This document shows positions 54,136 to 64,000 of a stretch of 64,000 nt of DNA, one piece after another (the stretch's first letter is position 1; each line of letters begins with the position of its first letter). The position numbers and the translations under genes were made by a program. This DNA is from Octopus sinensis (taxonomy: Eukaryota). The DNA lies in NCBI RefSeq assembly GCF_006345805.1, contig NC_043019.1, positions 16,181,360 through 16,245,359 of the forward strand, read 5' to 3'. The notes under the pieces are model-generated. The model saw nothing but the letters and a program-made list of their open reading frames with translations. It had not been told where the DNA came from and did no database searches.

Positions 54136-55667
54136 AAGAAAAAAAGAATATATATATATATAATAGGCCAGGCGTAGTTATGTTGAAAGAAGCTGCTTCC
54201 CAACCACATGGTTCCGGGTCAGCCCCTCTGCGTGACACCGTGGGAAACTATCTTCTACTATGGCCTCGTACCAAAATTCGAAACCATTCTATCATATATA
54301 TGTCAGCACATCTGTATATATCATGTGTATGTATAAATGTGGTATATATCAATATGTTCATTTTTGAAGAGCGCTGGATATCGTAAAGTAATAAAGCTAT
54401 AACTAATAAAATATAAATATTGTGTGAAAAAAACCATTGAATAGAAAGTCAAAGAAAAATAATATGGAAGGCTGCTTCTGGTTCTCGAAACCTCGACTTC
54501 TGCGCACAAGACAGGCGTTCAAGCTTTGGACCAAACAACGTCTTCTTGCTTTCGAATCCAGTGTTGAAACTCATTCTTAACAGTGATGTTAACATCATAC
54601 AATTGTGTGGCTGTGTGGTAAGCAGCTTGCTAACCAACCACATGGTTCCGGGTTCAGTCCCACTGCGTGGCATCTTGGGCAAGAGTCTTCTGCTATAGCC
54701 CCGGGCCGACCAAAGCCTTGTGAGTGGATTTGGTAGACGGAAACTGAAAGAAGCCTATCGTATATATGTATATATATTATATCGTATATATGTATATATA
54801 TGTGTGTGTGTGTGTGTGTGGTATGTTTGTGTCTGTGTTTGTCCCCATAGCATTGCTTGACAACCGATGCTGGTGTGTTTACGTCCCCGTCACTTAGCGG
54901 TTCGGCAAAAGAGACCGATAGAATAAGTCCCGGGGTCGATTTGCTCGACTAAAGGCGGTGTTTCGGCATGGCCGCAGTCAAATGACTGAAACAAATAAAA
55001 GAAAAGAAAAAGAATATATATATATATATATAGGCGCAGGCGTAGTTATGTTGAAAGAAGCTTGCTTCCCAACCACATGGTTCCGGGTTCAGCCCCTCTG
55101 CGTGACACCGTGGGAAACTATCTTCTACTATGGCCTCGTACCAAAATTCGAAACCATTCTATCATATATATGTCAGCACATCTGTATATATCATGTGTAT
55201 GTATAAATGTGTGTATATATCAATATGTTCATTTTTGAAGAGCGCTGGATATCGAAAGTAATAAAGCTATAACTAATAAAATATAAATATTGTGCTGAAA
55301 AAAAACCATTGAATAGAAAAGTCAAAGAAAAAATAATATGGAAGGCTGCTTCTGGTTCTCGAAACCTCGACTTCTGCGCACAAGACAGGCGTTCAAGCTT
55401 TGGACCAAACAACGTCTTCTTGCTTTCGAATCCAGTGTTGAAACTCATTCTTAACAGTGATGTTAACATCATACAATTGTGTGGCTGTGTGGTAAGCAGC
55501 TTGCTAACCAACCACATGGTTCCGGGTTCAGTCCCACTGCGTGGCATCTTGGGCAAGAGTCTTCTGCTATAGCCCCGGGCCGACCAAAGCCTTGTGAGTG
55601 GATTTGGTAGACGGAAACTGAAAGAAGCCTATCGTATATATGTATATATATATATATCGTATATATG

Positions 55668-55698
<31 letters not shown>

Positions 55699-55870
55699 AT
55701 GTTTGTGTCTGTGTTTGTCCCCATAGCATTGCTTGACAACCGATGCTGGTGTGTTTACGTCCCCGTCACTTAGCGGTTCGGCAAAAGAGACCGATAGAAT
55801 AAGTCCCGGGGTCGATTTGCTCGACTAAAGGCGGTGTTCCGGCATGGCCGCAGTCAAATGACTGAAACAA
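54057..55870. repeat. Tandem duplication, ~874-bp period (about two units), containing SINE A copies
   Basis: Unique spacer GGAAGGCTGCTTCTGGTTCTCGAAACC...GTTAACATC and flanking SINE pieces are repeated at offset ~874 with only small indels. Confidence 0.9.
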
Positions 55871-55901
55871 GTAAAAGAGTAAAAGAGTATGTATGTGTGT
55901 A

Positions 55902-55937
<36 letters not shown>

Positions 55938-56102
55938 CGCGCGTATGTGTGTGTTAATTTTAAAGTTTGTGTCGAACCCACATTAAATCACTTTTACTCC
56001 AATTTCAGAGGCGTTTAAGTGACTTATATATCTACATCTATACCTGTGTGTGTGTGTGTATACAAATATACACACACATACATACATACATACATACATA
56101 CA

Positions 56103-56135
<33 letters not shown>

Positions 56136-56293
56136 GTGTGTATGTATGTTTGTATATATACACATATATATATGTACGTATGTATATGTAAAGTGTGTGT
56201 GTGTGTGTATGTCGAATTTGAATAGATGAGTAATGTTCTAGTTTTAATATTTTAGTTTTTTTTAAATATTTGATTAAGTATTTTACGTTTCCG

Positions 56294-56487
56294 TTGGAAC
56301 AATAATGCTCCTAAATTCATCATAATCAGTTTTCCTAGACTTTCATAACCCCATCATCAGGCTGTTGTTGGTGTATATATAACTGTCTTGTTTTATGGTA
56401 GACAAATATGATTTCTGTAGACTTTATGAGACCGTGAAAGTCTAGAAACGTTCATTCTGATGTATTTAGGAATTTTATTGTTCCAAT
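56294..56487. repeat. Imperfect inverted repeat (~52-bp arms), MITE-like or fold-back
   Basis: TTGGAACAATAA...CCTAAAT...CTAGACTTTCA is mirrored by TGAAAGTCTAG...ATTTAGG...TTATTGTTCCAA. Confidence 0.7.
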
Positions 56488-56684
56488 AAAAACTGCAAGG
56501 GACTGAAATGAAATATGAAAAACCCATATTTAAAGAAGCTAAAACTAAAACAGTGACATGTGTTTAATGCATGATATCTGAAAGAAATCTTGTTCCCATA
56601 TATATGTGTATATATGTATATATATATATATATGTATGTATGTATATATGTATATGTATGTATGTATATATATATACATATATG

Positions 56685-56718
<34 letters not shown>

Positions 56719-57820
56719 TGTATGTATGTATGTATGTATGTATGTATGTATGTATGTATGTATATATATATATATAATAAATGTACATTTATATGTATGC
56801 ATGTATATATATATATGTACATTTATATATAAGCATGTATGTATGAATATATATATATATATATATATACATACCCACATATATACATATGCACACGCGC
56901 ACACATATATATACATACATACATACATACATACATGCATACATACATACATACATACATACATACATACATACATACATACATACATACATACATACAC
57001 GCGCCCGCGTTCAATTGAGCAAACTAAAACAAAAGGTGCTCAGATTATAATTAAGAGGGAGGTTTTCGGCCCTATAAAACTCCGGTCAGTAACTGCCTAC
57101 CAACAAACTTTCACATAATATTCACAAAGACAATCAATTTACTTAATTTTTATAACTTAGCAATTTTAATTTTGTAATTTTATATCCCTAAAAGCTGCAA
57201 AGTTATATAATTTTTATTATTCTATAATTTATATACTTTATATTATTTTAAAAATCTTTTACTAAAGTGCTTTTATTGGGAGGCAGGGTTCGTTAACCAA
57301 ACAATCAATCCTGAGTGATATTTTGAAAGAGTAATTTGCAGATGGATGTCATACGACTTCGTCTTAAATAAGAACAGATCTGCTCCTCAGTACCGGACAG
57401 TTGCATCTGGCAATTAGTTGACTGAAAAGTTTTCAGCACGATATATCAATTTTACATCATTAGATATTTCATGCCCTGCTAGGTTAGTCAGGTCTTTGGC
57501 CCCGTTACCCTTTCCTCTAAATGTTCATTAAATAGAAGTTGTACACTCTTCCCAGAACTGAAAGCGCATATTATGACTAGTTTCAACGAGACCCCAGCTG
57601 AGATGCATCAGAACATTCAGCTAGAATATCCTGACTGATTAAAGACACTCGTGGCACTTGGAGGTACCTAATACGAAGCTCTCATCTCCTGCTTAACGCG
57701 CATAATACAACTGAACGCACTTTGTCAGCATATCACATTTCAAAAAAATATATAGAATGAAAAGGAATAAAGAAACCATAATAAATGTTATGTAGTAATT
57801 TAAAATACATAACATGAATA

Positions 57821-58049
57821 CGGTAACCGCTCGACTATCGCGGGTGTTACGTTCGAAACCCGGCCACAGAAATAATTAAAATCTAAAAGAATATAAATAC
57901 TTATTGACCGCAGAAACCCGGATATACTAAGGAGACCGCGATATAAATTTACACATAGCGTGAAAAATCTGCGATGTACTGAGTGCGCGATAGGTGAAAT
58001 GCGATGTACTGAGTGCGCGGTAGGTGAACCGCGATATGGCGGTTTACTG
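57821..58049. mobile_element. pogo/Tigger-like MITE with TA target duplication
   Basis: TA|CGGTAACCGCTCGACTATCGCGG at the left end and CCGCGATATGGCGGTTTACTG|TA at the right; internal 30-bp tandem duplication at 57970-58029. Confidence 0.65.
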
Positions 58050-58643
58050 TATTAGTAAAGAAATGTCTTCTTTAAATCTGGCATTAGATCCGGTTTGTCT
58101 TGTATGCACACCACACACACACACACACACACAAATTGTAATGTCTTGCTCAGGACTTTCAGAGTATAGGACCCGTAATTAAATGTTTCGAGAAATCACT
58201 CATTTTGTTATCTATGCTTTATGACGTCATACTTTCCCTTTTAGTTTCCACTACGTCAGTGGTCTACAAAATTATGAAAAGTAGTTCTGCTGGTTAAGCG
58301 CACAGAAACTACATTGGTTCTAGACCCACGAGCTGTCGATGGGTTTTTCCATATCGTTTTGTACTCTTCCGTTAACAGTTTCCATATTATCTCACGTTTA
58401 ATTACATAGACGCACTCACTCTTTCTTTCTCCCTTTTCTTTCTCTCTCTCTTTCTCACCCTTTCCACCTTCGAACGTATACACACATATAACAGAATTCA
58501 ATGTACTCAAGTATATCTGAGAAGTGTGAATATGGAAATAAGTGGATACGTATGTGTGATAACACTGCTTATCGCATACGCGCACACTACTTGCATACAT
58601 ATACACATTCATACACACAGCTACGTACATACAGCTGTTTCAT

Positions 58644-58681
<38 letters not shown>

Positions 58682-58944
58682 ATTATTCAATCTGTGAATG
58701 GACTCACTTCCTCCTATGCCAGGCGTTCATTACTACACGACATTCTCCACTTCGCGCGCTCTCTTTCTCCTTTCTCTCCCTCTCGATTTACTTTCTATCT
58801 GTCACTCTCTACACCACTCTCCCTCTCTCTTTCCAAACGATCTCCCACTTACACCCCTCCCTCTTACTCTTCTCCCATTCCATCCTCATACCTAGAGTTT
58901 TGCTTTCGCCTCATGCATACCTCTCTCCCTCGCTCTACCTCACT

Positions 58945-58984
<40 letters not shown>

Positions 58985-59048
58985 TTCTCAATCTTTATCC
59001 CTCTCTATTTCTTTCTCTTTCTCCATTTCTAACCCCCTCTTTCTCTCT

Positions 59049-59086
<38 letters not shown>

Positions 59087-59625
59087 CTACCACTACCACT
59101 ACTATTACCTCCACTGCCACCACCACCCCTAATACCCCTACTATGAATATTACCACAACTACTAAGCACTACTGTTACTACTACCACCACTACAACCACT
59201 TCAACCATCACTGTTACCACCTGCGCCATTACCGCTACCACCACCACTACCACCAAAACTAAACACCTATCGGTACTACTACTACCACCACAACCACAAC
59301 CACAGCTATCACCACCACTACTATTGCTACCATCCTTACAACCACCGCCGCCACTACTACCAGAACTGTATAACTATGAGTACCACCACCACCACCACCA
59401 CAACCTTCCACCACCACCACCACCGCAATCCCCAACCATTACCACCAAAATTACACAACTATCAGTGCTACCCCCCACCCCCCCCCCCCCACCCCCACCC
59501 CACCATCTCTGTACCCGTACAGCTCTCCCCGACCACTTCCACCCGACTCCATCTCCTAAAATGTTGCACTTTTACATCTGAGCCTTGCTCTTTCCTCCAT
59601 TCAACATTATTTCATTGATGTGTGT

Positions 59626-59664
<39 letters not shown>

Positions 59665-59916
59665 ATGGGTACATATAGCTGTATATGTAGGCACATATAT
59701 GTATGTGTGCTTGTGTGCATAAATACACATATTTGTGAGTGCATGTGTATGTATTTGTATACATGTTTATATCTGTGTATGTGTTTATGTGGGTTGCATG
59801 GGTGTAGGCTTTGTATGAGCCTTCCTCTCTTTCTCTCTATATATTTATATGTATATGCGTGTATATGTGTGCATGTACGCGTATGTGCATATATATATGT
59901 ACATATATATATGTAC

Positions 59917-60001
<85 letters not shown>

Positions 60002-60753
60002 TATATGTATGCATGTATATAGATGCGTGTGCATGTGTGCGTGCGTGGGTGTAATGTCCGTCACATGCTGATTAGTCACATGGTTGTCGAATCACGTGGT
60101 CAACCCGGCAAGGAAATACCTATCTTACGGTAAACCCCCCCTCCCCCCACTTCTTTATTAATATCACCATTTTTACAGGTGTTCCTGTTGTTTTTGTGGT
60201 TGTTGTTGTTGTTGTTCATGTTAGTGTTGTTGTCGTTGTGTTGTTAATAGCAAATTTTCTGCCCCTGTGGCAAATTAAAACATTGTATATATTAGTTTAG
60301 TTGTTGTTATTGTCTTCCAACTACCACTACTACAACAACTACTACTTCTACTACCATTGCTGCTGCTACTACAACTACTGCCACCACATCAACACACCAC
60401 CACCACCACCACCACCACCACCACCATCTCAGCTACAACTGCTATTACAACTGCTGCTGCTGTTGCTGCTGCTAGCATAAGCCCCCTTTCCCTTCATCAT
60501 CGACCACTCTTTCACAAACCAAAGTGGGAACCCCTAAGGGGTCGCTCGATCTCCTAGAAATAGCAGCTAAATCGCCCTCACCATCTTAGAAAATGCATGT
60601 AGGATAATGCAGCATTGGGTTCCCTACATATTACAGATAAAGGTGAGGTGGTCACGGCTGGATTTAAGAACATTCAGTGTTTTCTTTGGTGTAACTCTAG
60701 TCATCTTTCAGCTTCTACTACTACTACCATCACCACTACTACTACCACTATTT

Positions 60754-60805
<52 letters not shown>

Positions 60806-63800
60806 CAATTATAATAATAATAGTAGTAATACTAATAATAATAATAATGTTACCACCACTACTCTTACTGCTACTCCTACCACTACTACCACCGCCACCA
60901 ACATCACAGATGGGAACCAACGGGGCAGCCTCTCCTTGCTCACTCAATTTTCTAGAAATAGTGGTCAAATCTCCCTCAAATCGCATCCTTCTGTCTTAGA
61001 AAAGAAAACCGTAATCAATGTGGTCCTGCATTGCTTACTTGTAGGAAAATGTCGGGATGGTCACGGTTGGAATATATTCCATCATATATCTGCTGAATCA
61101 GAGTTGACCTAACAACAACAACAAATAAAACCACAATCCAAGTGGTTGAGTATTCCGCAGACACGTGAGCCCTTAATTCTCAACATGATACAATACCTGA
61201 CAAGGTTGAACCTTCGAATTCCAGGTACAAGTCATACGGCAGGATTCAATACAGTTTCCGTCTACCCAGTTTTATTCACAAGGCTTGTCTCAGCTCGAAG
61301 CTATGGCAAAAGACACTCGCCAAAAATGCCCCGCAGTAGGAAGCGAACTTCAGTTTCCGTTGCCACATGAAAAGCTTCATTGACCCCGACCCTTAAAGTA
61401 TTCCTGAATGCATACAACCGATGAATAAATGCAGACAAACACTTCTCACGCTCTCTCACCGTATCCATTTTGTCCATCTTCGCTGTAGTCAGCATCAAAA
61501 TTTGCGGACAGTCTAAAACATTGCACACTCTATCACGGGTAGCCAATGTATGATCCACAGCAATATTTAGTTCGACCCCTGCTTCAATTTTGAAAAAATA
61601 TTTATTTAAAAACTATTCTGTAAAATATATTGATAGCATAAAATGTAAAATCGGTTCTGATTAGTCAAATCATTTCACTTTAGGCGGATTCTCTCTTCTT
61701 TTTTTTTTTTTGAATCTCAAATACTGAAGCTTATGAATTCATATACTAAAAGATGTGATTTATTTCCCCTTCACTTTGTCTATAGATGCAAAGCCAAACG
61801 GAAGTTGCTTCTGTTGTGTTTACAGCAGAAGTTTGAATGAGATGTTCCACCAAAAGTCCTCTTGCTGAAACATACCTAACGACTTAACATTAAAGATATT
61901 CTTTTACAGACGTGTGTATAGTCATATTTGCAGCTGATGACGTGCAACAACACAGAAACACGTGCATCCTACGATTTGACAACTTCATTCATAGCCCAAT
62001 GTGTTTTTTTACATATATTGTCTGTCAGAAGTTTTTTTTGTCCTGGGAATATTTCAGCAGTGAAAGGTTTTCCCAAGTCCGAGTGCATACGAACGTGTTA
62101 AATATTACTGTATACGCCTATACTTTATTCGGTGCTGCTTCGTATAACTCTAGTTTTTCTTATATTTTCCTAGGGAAATTATTTCTCCAGATCACGCCGT
62201 ATATTGTTTTAATGAAACATCTTTCGTAAAAGAAAGATAAACACATCGCTGACATTGTGTATTGATCATATGTACACTATGGATTCTAACATTATATTCA
62301 AAATGAGATGTGTTGTAAGAGTCACGTGTTCAAGAGGGGTTATACTTCAGTTATGCGTTACCGTGAAAAGCATCTACGCATGATCTTCTAACCACCGACT
62401 CCTTGTTGAGGTCACTTTCTCTAATAGTTCTGGATTTGAATGCAACATCTTCCAAAACCGAGTTTGGCTGATGGATTTTTTTTTAGTTTTGTTTTGTGTT
62501 TTACTTCTTTTTCTGCCGGAGAGATACCAACCTCAAGCCTCCTGTCGGTCTTTTCCCTTCAAACATAATCGGTCGGTATCACGATAAACTTTAGTTCAGG
62601 GTTTTAATATCGACGGAACACATATCATCTATGCTCCAGGTAAGTAAATCTTAACCCCACCCCACCCTACCCCCACCTTGGCTGCTACATTTGTTTTTAA
62701 AGTTTAGTGTATTATTGCTTGGACATTCTGTCCTTGTTTACCGGAACCTTTAAATGACTTATTTTCGTTAATTTTTGTAGCTTTATTCTGTGAAACGTGG
62801 AGACTATTAACGTGCGAATTTCAAGCTTGATCAGTTGATTTCTGCATTCAATTATCAAATTTTGACATTTATTTTGACCAAATTCAATTTTTCTGTCTGT
62901 TATTAAGTCCAGATGTTTCTTATCATCGTAGATATTTCCAGCCGAGATCCTTCAACCGTCATCAGAGAAACTATGGCTTCTCGCTGTTGTAAACCCGAGT
63001 CTGAATTTATGCAGAAAAAACAAATCCGTGCATTTCGTTTCAAAATGGATATCTGCAGAAACTGACTCTTTGTGTTACAAGTGTTTAAATATTGCTAATA
63101 AAGGGATACAGTCTCGTTTTTTTCCCCCGTGAGAAAGTTGAGGATGTTTTGCGAAGTCATTGTGAACCTTTAAATAGCAATGACAATAATCGTTGCCAAA
63201 GACACTGATTTCGGCAACAATGGCTAAGGAAAGCAATCAGCGCCATTTTATAATCAAACCACACCGTTGCAGGTTTCAGTGCTTGCGGGTTTCTTTTTTT
63301 ATAATTTAATTTCAATCAGAGCAGTTTATTAATTTAAAATGTTCAATAGGTTTTCTTTCCATCTGACCTTTCTCTATTCATTAGTCATTACATTGACTGA
63401 CACGCAATGGTCTTGAAGAAATTGATTGAAACAATTTGTGTAACTCTTTTTGTTTAAAGCTTAGGCAAGCTGGTAGCCGATGGTTTGTCTGTCACGTGGG
63501 TCTTTTCATTTTGTGTCACAAGATCCTCGGTGTTATGCCAAACCAGTTTGCTATGCCTAACTGGCCTTTTATAATTATATCTAATATGTACTTATTTCTG
63601 TAGAACATGTACATTTTGTACCAGAGTCCAATGATTAGCCCTCTTCTTCTTGCTTTCAAATTATATTGTTTCCCACAGTTTCAGTGAACGACTCAAAATT
63701 GATCGAGTAATTTTCCTACAACTGATGTTGATGTGGTATTTATTTCTGGGAGTATTCAATCATGACATTTTCTTATTGAGATTCTTCTTTCCATTCCAGC

Positions 63801-64000
63801 TCTTACGCCAAATAATTTTAAATCTTCAGAAGCACCCCCTTTTTTTCTTTTTTTTTTCAACAGAATTATTGTTTCCATTCATCCTTTGGTAAACAGTTTA
63901 TGGATTAGAAACAGACTAGACCCCCTCTTTAATGTTGGATCATCGAAGTAGTCTTTCATTTGATAACGGAGTTTTTCCCTTTATGGGATGAAGTTATTTT

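Noticed and set aside
60500-61000. Repeated CTAGAAATAG...AAATC.CCCTCA motif, also at ~14330, 28100, 29240 and 30110
   Set aside because: Explained as short remnants of an old dispersed repeat family; too decayed to classify or to call regulatory.
61460-61512. 53-nt minus-strand mini-exon candidate (TTTTAG|...|GTGAGA; LSANFDADYSEDGQNGY), superficially cadherin-like
   Set aside because: Weak acceptor, spacing does not fit the cadherin DxDxGxN motif, and no partner exons were found.
62941-63132. 63-codon open frame after a TTTCCAG acceptor-like site
   Set aside because: Short, no recognisable motif and no donor before the stop; within chance expectation.

Overview
Eukaryotic, extremely microsatellite-rich, largely non-coding DNA. 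The interspersed repeat families resemble those I recognise from octopus (coleoid cephalopod) genomes; that assignment is from memory, not a search. No host protein-coding gene can be supported: most ORFs in the track are translations of (CA)n, (TA)n, (TACA)n, (GATA)n and triplet repeats, and the recognisable remainder are decayed transposons. These comprise two frameshifted mariner elements (D,D34D transposase; TIRs clear in the first), five 3' fragments of a Tx1/L1-like LINE, R4/Dong-type RLE LINE fragments, an RTE 3' end, a Penelope-like endonuclease remnant, pogo/Tigger- and hAT-like MITEs, and many copies of two tRNA-derived SINE families. There is also a 100-N gap and several near-identical tandem duplications that may be assembly artefacts. 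The most interesting signals are: (1) at least two families of minimal type I hammerhead-ribozyme-like motifs in Penelope-type termini, four copies of which share a non-canonical CUG-U-NGA core (A6U), with four motifs clustered at 16.6-17.3 kb; (2) three Tx1-like LINE copies inserted head-to-tail, each bounded by (GATA)n, suggesting targeting of that microsatellite; (3) recurrent fold-back palindromes centred on TA-rich sequence.
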